This document shows, piece by piece, positions 30,467 to 39,512 of a stretch of DNA of 48,487 nt. Under the pieces are notes generated by a model. That model searched no databases. It was not told the DNA's origin and worked only from the letters and a program-made list of their open reading frames with translations. This DNA is from Candidatus Micrarchaeota archaeon (GTDB taxonomy: Archaea; Micrarchaeota; Micrarchaeia; Micrarchaeales; CABMGC01), in assembly GCA_027365725.1 (NCBI GenBank), contig DAHXMA010000012.1, positions 1-48,487 on the forward strand, written 5' to 3'. The position numbers and the translations under genes were made by a program. Every line of letters starts with the position of its first letter. The stretch's first letter is position 1.

Positions 30467-30730
30467 ATGAAAAACAGGGAGAAGATAGATGAACTTATAG
30501 AAGGCGATGGGAAAGACATTGAGAGGTCTAAAAAGGAGGCAAAGACCTCGCTCGCATTCTTTGGCACAGGTACGGCAATAAGCGCAGCGGCAATAGGGGC
30601 TGGATGGATGATGCATAATGATATAGTCACGGCATACAGCAGCGTTATAACAACGGCCGGATTTGCGCTTGGATCTAAATATGCTGTTGATCTTTTAAAG
30701 CTGCATTTGAAGGGACTTAAAAGAAAGTGA
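30467..30730 (+). CDS. Small membrane protein (two Gly/Ala-rich hydrophobic segments)
   Basis: MKNREK... followed by FFGTGTAISAAAIGAGW and VITTAGFALG. Confidence 0.55.
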   Translation: MKNREKIDELIEGDGKDIERSKKEAKTSLAFFGTGTAISAAAIGAGWMMHNDIVTAYSSVITTAGFALGSKYAVDLLKLHLKGLKRK

Positions 30731-30741
30731 GCCGCCACGTA

Positions 30742-31335
30742 TTATTCTGGCTGCTCCTTCGCCGGCGCCTTTTGGATGCCCCTGTTTTTCGTGTACTCCC
30801 TTATTATTATATCTGCAATCTGGTCTGGAGACTTTGAATCGGTGTCTATTATAAGGTCGAATGGCGACTTGTCCCTTCCGAAGTCTATGTTGTATATCTT
30901 CTTGTAGACGTTGAAGTTGTCTGCGTCGCGTATTTTGACGACCTTCATGCTTTCCTCAAGGCTTGTCATGTCCCTTTTCTCCATCCGTTCGGCCCTGGTC
31001 TTTGCGCTGCCGTCAAGCCATACCTTGAACCCTTTTTTGGATATCCATGCCGCAGTGTAGCTGGTAACTACTATGTTGCCTTCGTTTATCTTTTCTATAA
31101 GTTTCCTGTCTGCTTCCTTATCAAAATCAGGATTATCTTTGCGCTCCCTGAGGAACTTTATCCCGTCTTCGGTATCCCACCATTCTATTCCGTCGACTTT
31201 GTACCCACGCTCTGCTGCCATCTCCTTTAGTATGTCTCCGCCTCCGATAGACTTGATATGGAGTTTTGCGGCTATTATGTTTGCAACAGTAGTTTTTCCT
31301 GCAGCGGGCTTGCCTGATATTATTATGGCTTCCAT
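30742..31335 (-). CDS. cmk: Cytidylate kinase (archaeal type)
   Basis: ISGKPAAGKTTVA P-loop, FDLIIDT; downstream of L34e. Confidence 0.9.
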   Translation of the reverse strand: MEAIIISGKPAAGKTTVANIIAAKLHIKSIGGGDILKEMAAERGYKVDGIEWWDTEDGIKFLRERKDNPDFDKEADRKLIEKINEGNIVVTSYTAAWISKKGFKVWLDGSAKTRAERMEKRDMTSLEESMKVVKIRDADNFNVYKKIYNIDFGRDKSPFDLIIDTDSKSPDQIADIIIREYTKNRGIQKAPAKEQPE

Positions 31336-31351
31336 GCACCCGCCAATAGTC

Positions 31352-31672
31352 TTAGTGAGATATCATCTGCAGCACGAAAGCCCTGTCAACTATGCTTATG
31401 TCATTAAGCTTCATCTCTCCGTGCTCTATCCTGCTGGCAAGCTTTATTACGTTGCCGGTGCACGATGCGCACAGGACGCCTCCGAACTTCCTTGCATTGG
31501 TGACGGTAGACCTGCCTTTTGCGCGGTGAGGTATGCCATTTAGCTCGGTTTTGCATATTGCGCAGTGTGGCAATTCCTTTGATTTGCGCTTGTAGTGGAT
31601 TGTGTGCTTTCCCTTTGGCGTTACACGGTCCATCCGCCTGAAACTTCTTGATCGGTGCATTGGCTTTGGCAT
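31352..31672 (-). CDS. rpl34e: Ribosomal protein eL34 (L34e)
   Basis: RSRS...TPKG, CAIC and FGGVLCASC motifs. Confidence 0.93.
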   Translation of the reverse strand: MPKPMHRSRSFRRMDRVTPKGKHTIHYKRKSKELPHCAICKTELNGIPHRAKGRSTVTNARKFGGVLCASCTGNVIKLASRIEHGEMKLNDISIVDRAFVLQMISH

Positions 31673-31682
31673 TGTCTCACGC

Positions 31683-32159
31683 TCATTGCGGCTGGTTGTT
31701 TGCCTGCTGCTGGGTTGGTTGCGGCTGCGCCTTTTTTGCGGCTATTCTTTCATATACCGAAAGGGCTATGGTGCTTAGTATTCCGAGGATAAATGATACC
31801 GCTATGAAGAAAGTGGTATACGGCAGGCTTAGCGAAAGCACGGATATCTTTGTTGATGCTGGGACAAGCGCCGGAAGCGCTACATAGAAAAGCAGGAAGA
31901 ATATCGGCAGCACTATAAGCGTGGGCTTGAGCTGGTGCCTCATGCTTTCAGAGGCAAGCGCAGTTATCTCCTTCTGCTTCACGTCGAGAGCTTCCTTTGT
32001 TATGCTTGATCCAAGAGACCTCAACTCCTTCATCTTTATGTCCATGTCCTTCTTTATCTCCTTTATGCGCTTGTAGTTGGCTATCTTCCTCTGGGCTATT
32101 ACTGAGAATGACACATAAACTATTGCTATAAGCACAAGCTCCAATACTATAAAACTCAA
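31683..32159 (-). CDS. DUF106/EMC3-TMCO1 family membrane insertase (Oxa1 superfamily)
   Basis: TM, coiled coil, then TMs (KPTL); conserved position between adk and L34e; TTG start with GGAGG SD. Confidence 0.8.
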   Translation of the reverse strand: MSFIVLELVLIAIVYVSFSVIAQRKIANYKRIKEIKKDMDIKMKELRSLGSSITKEALDVKQKEITALASESMRHQLKPTLIVLPIFFLLFYVALPALVPASTKISVLSLSLPYTTFFIAVSFILGILSTIALSVYERIAAKKAQPQPTQQQANNQPQ

Positions 32160-32161
32160 AT

Positions 32162-32737
32162 TTATCCTCCTATTATCTCCTTGGTTATCCTGTCGACTTC
32201 TGCTGCTGCCTCCTGCTGCTTCCCTGCCTGGTTGTATATTATGTATATGGGTATATTTAAATATACCGCAAAAGTGGAAATTATCGATATATTCACGCTG
32301 CGCCACTCGTCAATTTCGGCGAGTGTGGCATATGCTCGCACGCGGGTGTGGTCTAGCAGGCTCCTCTCCATTACCTCCTCCGAGGTGGCGTCTATGTATA
32401 TTATGGCGCTTATCCTGATCTTCTGAAGCTCTTCGATTGAGAATCCTGGCCGGTATCTCCTGCCCTGCTTTACCGAGGCGTGCGTATCTATTATTGCGTC
32501 TTCCTTTGATTCTATTATCTTCTGCATTATTGAATTCCTTATTGATATTGTAGTGGCATCGTCTAGAAGCCTTACCTGGTCCCTGTCTGTTAGGTTGAAT
32601 TTTGACTTGGCTATCTCTAGCATCTCTGTGCCCAAGTTTATCACTTTTATCTTGCCGTCCCTGGCTCCGGAAAGCATGGAAAGTATTGTGCTTTTGCCTG
32701 CGCCAGCGGTGCCGGTTACTAATATGAGTTTTGTCAT
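32162..32737 (-). CDS. adkA: Adenylate kinase (archaeal type)
   Basis: VTGTAGAGKST, DRDQVR and IIDTHA motifs. Confidence 0.85.
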   Translation of the reverse strand: MTKLILVTGTAGAGKSTILSMLSGARDGKIKVINLGTEMLEIAKSKFNLTDRDQVRLLDDATTISIRNSIMQKIIESKEDAIIDTHASVKQGRRYRPGFSIEELQKIRISAIIYIDATSEEVMERSLLDHTRVRAYATLAEIDEWRSVNISIISTFAVYLNIPIYIIYNQAGKQQEAAAEVDRITKEIIGG

Positions 32738-32837
32738 GATAACACTGAAGGATATTATGAAGTATGGCAAAATATAAAAGTGTGGTTGTTTCGTCTGATT
32801 GCGTGATAATTGCTGCGCCGTGCTGCGTTCCTGGAGC

Positions 32838-33452
32838 TCAGTCGCTTTTGGTGTCCATTATTTTCCAGAAAACCAGTTTTGCTTCGAAGCTCTGCGTTCT
32901 TGTAAGCATCTCCTTGTTTTCTCCGTGGGAGGTTTCTGCAGCAAGGCTCATTTCCCTATTGAATATCTCTTTTGCCAATTCAATCATTGGTTTTTGCGGT
33001 TCAGGAACTTTTATGCCTACTACCGCGGTTGCCATTTTTTCATTGCTGTCGTAAGAATTTACAATGAATCTCCTGTGGCTATATATTAGCGGGTATACCT
33101 CCATCAGCGACGGCTGCTGGCCGTTGAGCACCTTTACGAGCCTGTTTGGATCGGTTGCCGCGCTGTTGTTCAGGCTTGAGAGCATGCTGCTATTGTCCAA
33201 TTCGTAAACGCCTGTTGGCATATTTAAATTGCAGCTTAAATAGAAGCGCATTGGCTTATCCCTGGCGGCCATTAAAAGTGCCTTTGAGAAGACAAAGGCC
33301 TCTGAAGGAGCTAGGGGCCTGATCCTGTGGCACTCTGAAACCGCTTTTGATTCGTCTGGGCCATGGCGCATCTCTGTAGAAAAAACATAAAGCGATTCTG
33401 TGCCTAGCGGTATTACTAACGGGCTCTTTTGGGGTTTCTCGTATTGCGCCAT
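32838..33452 (-). CDS. Hypothetical protein
   Basis: 204-aa ORF filling the gap between thermosome and adk; no recognised motif. Confidence 0.6.
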   Translation of the reverse strand: MAQYEKPQKSPLVIPLGTESLYVFSTEMRHGPDESKAVSECHRIRPLAPSEAFVFSKALLMAARDKPMRFYLSCNLNMPTGVYELDNSSMLSSLNNSAATDPNRLVKVLNGQQPSLMEVYPLIYSHRRFIVNSYDSNEKMATAVVGIKVPEPQKPMIELAKEIFNREMSLAAETSHGENKEMLTRTQSFEAKLVFWKIMDTKSD

Positions 33453-33625
33453 TTTATAGCCTTTATGGCGGCTTGGAAGGGGTTGGGGATTGGGCCTGCC
33501 AGAGCCAGCCAGCTTATAGGTATAGTTTGTTGGTTTTCTCGTTTTTAATAATGTTGTTTTTGGGCAAAATATGATTTTTTATTGTTATTATGGGCAGAAG
33601 CACTCTGTGCGCATTGCCATTTTTG

Positions 33626-33665
33626 AAAGAAAAAAACAGGAAAAAAAAGGAATAGAAAGAAAAGG
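33626..33665 (-). terminator. U-rich archaeal terminator after the thermosome gene
   Basis: Several T-tracts (including T8 and T7) on the minus strand immediately after the stop codon. Confidence 0.55.
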
Positions 33666-33675
33666 GGTGGGTAAG

Positions 33676-35334
33676 TTACTCTTCCATTCCGCCGCCCATG
33701 CCGCCAGGCATTCCGCCTGGCCCGCCTTGTGGCGGCCTTGTTCCTTTGGAACTTATCATGTCGTCTATCCTGAGTATTGACACTGTTGCTTCAGTGGCAC
33801 TGGTTATTGCCTGGGCCTTTACCTTCAGCGGCTCTATTATCCCAAGCTTGTCCATGTCTGCTACCACATTTGAATAGACGTCAACCCCAAAGTTCTTCCC
33901 CGAGGTGCTCTTGTGCTTACTCCTAAGCTGCACTAGAGTGTCTATCGGGTCCATGCCTGCACTGTCTGCAAGGGCTTTTGGTATGACTTCAAGGGCATCT
34001 GCAAAGGCCTGTATTGCCAGTTGCTCCCTCCCGCCAACGTCTGTTGCGGTTTCCCTGAGCTTTGAAGCAACTTCTATCTCAGTGCTGCCTCCGCCGGTTA
34101 CGTACTTCCCGTCTTCAACTGCGCTTGTCAGAGCGCCGAGGACGTCGGTCAGGGCGCGCTCAACCTCGTCTGTGGCCTGCTTGGTTCCGCCCCTTATGAA
34201 TATCGTAACGCTCTTCGGGTCCTTGCATTTCTCTACGAAGACCATCTGCTCCCCTGAGATCTTCCTTTCCTCAACGAGTCCTGCGAACCCTAGGTCCTCC
34301 TGCGTCAGGTCGTCCAGGCTTGTTACCATCCTTGCGCCTGTAGCCTTTGCAAGTTTCTCCATGTCGCTCTTTTTCACGCGCCTTACTGCTGATATTCCCG
34401 CCTTTGCAAGGTAGTGCTGGGCCACATCGTCTATGCCCTTCTGCACGAAAATGACGTTTGCCTGGCTCTTCGAAACCTTCTCTACCATCTGCTTCAGCAT
34501 CTTCTCTTCCTGGTTGAGGAAGGCCTGCATCTGCTCTGGGGAGGTTATCTCTATCTTCGCATCGGTCTCCGTCTTTTCTATTTCCAGGGCAACATCGAGT
34601 AGAGCTATCTTTGCGTTCTTCACTGACTTTGGCATTCCGGGATGTGCCATTTCCTTGTCTACGAGAACGCCGTTTATGAATTCGGTCTCGTCTATGCTGC
34701 CGCCCTCTTTCTTCTCAAGCTTTATGAAATCCTTGTCTATCTTGTATTTGTCCCCCTCTTTTGTAGACACCTGGGTTATTGCCTGTATTGCAAGCTTTAC
34801 GAGATTGTTCTTAGTAAGCTCGCTGCCGATGTTCTTTGAGCCTATCGAGACTTTTGCGATCTTTTCAAGCTTGTCTGCGTCCTTTATCGAGATGCTGCTT
34901 GATGCGACCCTTAGCGCTGCCATTGCCTTGTCCCGTGCCATGTCATATCCTTTTATTATCGCTGCTGGAGGTATGCCCTGGTCAAGAAGGTTGCCTGCGT
35001 TCCTGAGCAGGTCTCCCGCGATTATTACTGCTGATGTAGTCCCATCGCCCACTTCCTTGTCCTGGGTCTTTGCTACCTCGACAAGTATTTTTGCAACTGG
35101 GTGCTCAACGTTCATCTCTTCCAGGATTGCGGCTCCATCGTTTGTTATGACTATATCTCCAAGTTCGCTTACGAGCATCTTGTCCATTCCCTTCGGACCC
35201 AGTGTCGTCTTAACGATACTGGCCACTGCGTAGCCTACAGCTATGTTTGTACGCTGGGCCTCTTTACCAAGCAGCCTGCTTGCGCCTTCCGGCAATACCA
35301 TATACTGGTTTCCACCTAATTGATTTTCTGCCAT
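33676..35334 (-). CDS. ths: Thermosome (group II chaperonin) subunit
   Basis: TTLGPKGMDKM, TNDG and GDGTTS motifs; GGM-rich tail; AGGTGA SD. Confidence 0.97.
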   Translation of the reverse strand: MAENQLGGNQYMVLPEGASRLLGKEAQRTNIAVGYAVASIVKTTLGPKGMDKMLVSELGDIVITNDGAAILEEMNVEHPVAKILVEVAKTQDKEVGDGTTSAVIIAGDLLRNAGNLLDQGIPPAAIIKGYDMARDKAMAALRVASSSISIKDADKLEKIAKVSIGSKNIGSELTKNNLVKLAIQAITQVSTKEGDKYKIDKDFIKLEKKEGGSIDETEFINGVLVDKEMAHPGMPKSVKNAKIALLDVALEIEKTETDAKIEITSPEQMQAFLNQEEKMLKQMVEKVSKSQANVIFVQKGIDDVAQHYLAKAGISAVRRVKKSDMEKLAKATGARMVTSLDDLTQEDLGFAGLVEERKISGEQMVFVEKCKDPKSVTIFIRGGTKQATDEVERALTDVLGALTSAVEDGKYVTGGGSTEIEVASKLRETATDVGGREQLAIQAFADALEVIPKALADSAGMDPIDTLVQLRSKHKSTSGKNFGVDVYSNVVADMDKLGIIEPLKVKAQAITSATEATVSILRIDDMISSKGTRPPQGGPGGMPGGMGGGMEE

Positions 35335-35561
35335 ATTTTTCACCTATTCGTTTTCGTTTTATAAGTAGCAATTTAACATTAGCTAACATTAGCAAGCATT
35401 TTAAGAGATTAATATTACGTGCTGATTGTTATTATATTTGACCTTGAATGCCTGCTTATTATATGGCTGGTAAACTTTTTATAGCTTTCTCTTGACGTTG
35501 GTGGGGCGCGGCGTACGTCAGGTTGACATTTTGGCGGTTTGGGCTAGCGGATAGCGCATCA

Positions 35562-37289
35562 TCAGGTCGCAGTGACAGTGGCTGATGCATATGCGCCGCG
35601 CGTACCGACAACTATTATCCTGTACTGCATGCCGGGCCGGAGGTTAAGCATAAAGCTTCCATTACCCAAGGTTATTTGGCCCTTGTACGATAACGATACG
35701 CTGCTGGTTGAATTGAGCAGGTAGCCGCCATTGGCATATTCGATTTCATGCCCTGGCCAGAGCATACTTGGGGTTGGATACAGAGCAAGGGTGCCGTTGG
35801 ACAGTATGTGCAAGTCGAGCTCGTGGAACTGCCTGAATGCACGGGCCATTAAGCCTGCTGAAGCAATCTGGCCAATTATGCTTGCATGAAGCTGATTTGC
35901 ATTGATGAAATTTGAGATGTTTTCATAGCCATCGTCTCTCATTATGAGATTAAGCTTTGAGCCTGCGGTGCTGTTCGACAGGTTCCTGAGGAGTTCGGAT
36001 AGGTTGCCCTGATTAAGCTGCATGTACATGTGAACCTCGAATGCGCCTGCATGCATGCCCCACTCGCGCGAACCGTATCCTGCGCCGGCATTTCCTTGTG
36101 TGTTTGAAGTGAAATACTCAGATTCGTTGATTCCTGTTGAATCTGACGCATAGCTGGAATTAAGCTCGTTGCTTGAATTTATTCCGAGGGATGTGTTGTG
36201 ATATGGCAATCCCATAATATGCAAGATGGGCATGTTGGGATTAATCTTATGGAATATCACGCCGTTGTCAGGCAGCGTTAGGTTAAGCAGGTAAGAATCG
36301 TTGCCCAGTATAAGCACATCCATCAGCCTTGTGCTTGCATTCGAATTATCTGATACGGTTATTGATATGCTGGTGCCATTGGCAGATGTCGCTATGGATG
36401 CGTTTGTTATACTTATCTTTGCACGCGCGGATACAAGTACGTCTTCTTCCTGCTGGTTCATGCGTGAGAGTCCACCGTGTTCTCGGCCCGGACCGTAATA
36501 GCTGTTGATCTTCTTTGGTATTGTGGATGCTTCTGCGGATGGAGCCATCACAAACACAGTCTGGTTTCCCTTTATCTCTGGATATACAGTAGGGAACATG
36601 TCAAATAATATGTCGAATGGGCTGCCAGGCGTTGAGTTTGAGTATATTACATTTACCACAACATTGTTGCTTGGCAAAATAACAGGGTATGTAGTCCCGT
36701 TTATGGTTATTGATGCGTTTGATATTTCGAGCCCTATGCTGTCTATAACCGAATTGGAAGGCATCTTGAAAGAGGTTAGATTCTTTGTGAAATTTACCAA
36801 GGACATCAGGTTTACACTGCCACTGGCATTGATCCTGTCAGAAAATGTGCCTGTGCTGTTTGTCAGGTTTATGTCAATGTACGAATATGAGACCATTAGC
36901 TGCTGGGTGCCTGCAGGCACGTGTGGAGGGTCAGTTAGGAATATGCCTACGCTGCTGTTCGGCTGTGTGTTTGCGGCAGATACTGTGCCTAATCCGGAAG
37001 TGTAGAGGAATGCGGCAGCAATCACTACGATAGCCAGTATTGCTATTGGCATTAGCCTGTTGCGGTTTGATGAAAGCACAGGCCTGACCTCAGACCTCTT
37101 ATAGTATTTTATGTTCTTGAAATGCTCATCCCTGAATTCCTCAACCATGCCAGAATATGAAAGCTCCTTGAGGTGCTGGCTTATAGTGGAGGGAGAGAGG
37201 TTCAGCATGCGGCTTATTTCGCCTGGCGTTTTCGCGCCGTTGGTAAGTATGTTTAGGATCTTGTTCTTTGTTTCTGATGTCCTGCTCAT
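35562..37289 (-). CDS. Membrane-anchored ArsR-type HTH regulator with extracellular DUF4382-like domain
   Basis: KILNIL...TPGEISRMLNLSPSTISQHLKEL HTH; single TM; LTDPP motif; very sequon-rich C-terminal region. Confidence 0.8.
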   Translation of the reverse strand: MSRTSETKNKILNILTNGAKTPGEISRMLNLSPSTISQHLKELSYSGMVEEFRDEHFKNIKYYKRSEVRPVLSSNRNRLMPIAILAIVVIAAAFLYTSGLGTVSAANTQPNSSVGIFLTDPPHVPAGTQQLMVSYSYIDINLTNSTGTFSDRINASGSVNLMSLVNFTKNLTSFKMPSNSVIDSIGLEISNASITINGTTYPVILPSNNVVVNVIYSNSTPGSPFDILFDMFPTVYPEIKGNQTVFVMAPSAEASTIPKKINSYYGPGREHGGLSRMNQQEEDVLVSARAKISITNASIATSANGTSISITVSDNSNASTRLMDVLILGNDSYLLNLTLPDNGVIFHKINPNMPILHIMGLPYHNTSLGINSSNELNSSYASDSTGINESEYFTSNTQGNAGAGYGSREWGMHAGAFEVHMYMQLNQGNLSELLRNLSNSTAGSKLNLIMRDDGYENISNFINANQLHASIIGQIASAGLMARAFRQFHELDLHILSNGTLALYPTPSMLWPGHEIEYANGGYLLNSTSSVSLSYKGQITLGNGSFMLNLRPGMQYRIIVVGTRGAYASATVTAT

Positions 37290-37450
37290 TTAATCACCAT
37301 CTTTTAGCGGTAGGTTATGTGTTTTGAAAAGATATTTATAGCTGTGCGGGGATTTCGGTTATGTTTCGGTTTTTATTTTGTGCGTATGGATGCATTTGGC
37401 TTTGGTTTATTACACATGCATATTTATTGCTTTGACTACAATAGATATTT

Positions 37451-37903
37451 ATGGATAAAAACAGGATCGCTGTGGCTTTTGGCTCTTTTGACATAATTCA
37501 TCCGGGCCATCTCCACTACCTAAAAAAGGCGAGCAGGTACGGAAGACTTGTCGTTGTTGTATCAAGGGACAGCAGCATACGTAAGATAAAAGGCTTTGGC
37601 CCAGCAATGGATGAAAGGGCACGGCTTGAGATTGTAGGATCCTTGAAATTCGTGGACAGGGCGTTGCTCGGTAACAGGATGGGCAAATGGAATGACATAT
37701 ATGAGATATTAAAGGGGATAAAACCCTCAGTAATAGTGCTTGGATATGACCAAAAAGTAGATATGGCATATCTTAATGAGTTCCTTTCTAAGAATGGAAT
37801 ACGTGCGCGGATAGTTCGGATTGGTCCGTATAAACCCGGAGTATTCAAAAGCTCTAAGATAAAAGAGGGCTTACTCTCAGGGGAAAGTCATTCATCAAGT
37901 TGA
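37451..37903 (+). CDS. ribL: FAD synthetase (cytidyltransferase-like)
   Basis: GSFDIIHPGH, VVVSRD, LGYDQ and SSKIK motifs. Confidence 0.85.
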   Translation: MDKNRIAVAFGSFDIIHPGHLHYLKKASRYGRLVVVVSRDSSIRKIKGFGPAMDERARLEIVGSLKFVDRALLGNRMGKWNDIYEILKGIKPSVIVLGYDQKVDMAYLNEFLSKNGIRARIVRIGPYKPGVFKSSKIKEGLLSGESHSSS

Positions 37904-38229
37904 AGCACGCCTGATGTATTTTTTGCAAATATGGGCCTTTTTTCGGCTTTGACGCTGTTTTTGGTCTGCTGATAGGCAACTGTGCCGTACGAGACGCTTA
38001 CTCCGCCTATGCCTTCTATTGTTGTTGCCACAAATGGAACTATCCTGAATGTATGCGCAGCGGAAAACTCGTTTTCGGTGTCATTTTTGGCAGATGAATT
38101 TTCGTATCTTTCACGCTGCGCCTGCGCCGGATCCTTTGCACCGCTTTCGCTGAGCTGGGAAGACCTAAGCGCTCCGGCTAAAAGTAACTGTAACTCGGTA
38201 ACTTCCTGACGGCCTTTACGCGCAATCAT
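37888..38229 (-). CDS. Hypothetical protein
   Basis: ~113-aa ORF with TATA-like ttataaat upstream. Confidence 0.5.
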   Translation of the reverse strand: MIARKGRQEVTELQLLLAGALRSSQLSESGAKDPAQAQRERYENSSAKNDTENEFSAAHTFRIVPFVATTIEGIGGVSVSYGTVAYQQTKNSVKAEKRPIFAKNTSGVLQLDE

Positions 38230-38324
38230 TTTAATCAATTATATTTTGTACTTTTCTCATATTTATAACATATTGTAGCCGTCTGCCTGACCTTGTCTGG
38301 AAAATTGGTTTTTGGCTTTGCAGC

Positions 38325-39512
38325 TCAATTGCGTTTGGGTGTTCGGCTGCGCCCTGCGCCTTTGTCTTCTGCGTTCTTTGCCTTTGCCAGCATCGGATCT
38401 AGCTTTCTGAAAAAATTGTCCCAGGAGTATTTTTCCTCTACCAGCTTCCTGCCGGCCTTGCCCATGTCCTCCGCAAGTTTGCTGTCCTGTGTTACAAGAG
38501 CCATCTTCTCTGCCATCTCTGTTGGCGTGTTTGCGAGGAATCCGGTCTTTCCATCTACTATCGTTTCCCTGGGCCCCCCCTCGTTTACCGATATTATTGG
38601 CTTTGCGCTTGCCATAGCTTCAAGTGGGATAAATCCGTAGTCTTCATTTATTGCGGAGAACAGCACTGCAGTTGACCTGGAATACAGGCTGTGGAGCTTT
38701 TTGTCGTCTACGTTTGTATCGAAGACCACGTTGAGCCCTTTTGACATTGACTTTAGCTTTTCAAAGTACTTCCTGTGCTCTGGGTCGTTGGACAGGGTTC
38801 CTGCGATTATGAGCTTGTGCTTCTTGTCCTTTGTCCTCTTAACAAACTGGCCGAACGCGTTTATGACGTAGTCCTGCCTCTTGTTGACCACTATCCTAGA
38901 AGGGTAAAGGAAGAAGCCATGATCGCCTTCGTTGGAGAAGTCGCGGCATTCAATGCCAGGGTTTATTACCGTGGCATCGCGATCGTAGTACCTTTTAATC
39001 CTTTCCCTGGTCGTCTTGCTGTTGGTGGCTATCTCGGCTATGTTCTTTGTGACCTTCTTTGCGATTACCTTGTAGGTGCCCACCAGTGCAGCGTATATCA
39101 GCTTGTCCTTGTATGACCGATTCTGCATCCTTGTCTCATACAGGTCGTATACCTCCCTAGGCGGGGTGTGGCAGTACCATAGGACCCTTTCATTATTGTG
39201 GCTTATCCATTCGCTTGGTGAGATGTGGGGGTTGAGGACATCGTAGTCGTCCTTTATTTTCATATTGTAGAAATTGTATCCGTACCTGAATCCCTGTGAG
39301 GCGCGGTACGGAAGCTTGCTTGACAGGGGTACATGCTTACCTATGAGCCTTACATCAAGGTTTTCGAATTCAGAGAACGTGGATGATTTATCGTATTCGA
39401 GCACATATATGCTTGCGCCGTAGTGCTGCGCAACCTTTAATATTACCCTCTCCACGCCTCCCCTAAGGTTCAGATAGGGCTGTAGTAGAATCAATTTCAT
39501 CGCATACCACAT
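38325..39512 (-). CDS. Glycosyltransferase family 4 (GT-B)
   Basis: GGVERV, YCHTPPR and EDYGFIPLEAMAS (Ex7E) motifs; TAATG overlap with aglB. Confidence 0.92.
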   Translation of the reverse strand: MWYAMKLILLQPYLNLRGGVERVILKVAQHYGASIYVLEYDKSSTFSEFENLDVRLIGKHVPLSSKLPYRASQGFRYGYNFYNMKIKDDYDVLNPHISPSEWISHNNERVLWYCHTPPREVYDLYETRMQNRSYKDKLIYAALVGTYKVIAKKVTKNIAEIATNSKTTRERIKRYYDRDATVINPGIECRDFSNEGDHGFFLYPSRIVVNKRQDYVINAFGQFVKRTKDKKHKLIIAGTLSNDPEHRKYFEKLKSMSKGLNVVFDTNVDDKKLHSLYSRSTAVLFSAINEDYGFIPLEAMASAKPIISVNEGGPRETIVDGKTGFLANTPTEMAEKMALVTQDSKLAEDMGKAGRKLVEEKYSWDNFFRKLDPMLAKAKNAEDKGAGRSRTPKRN

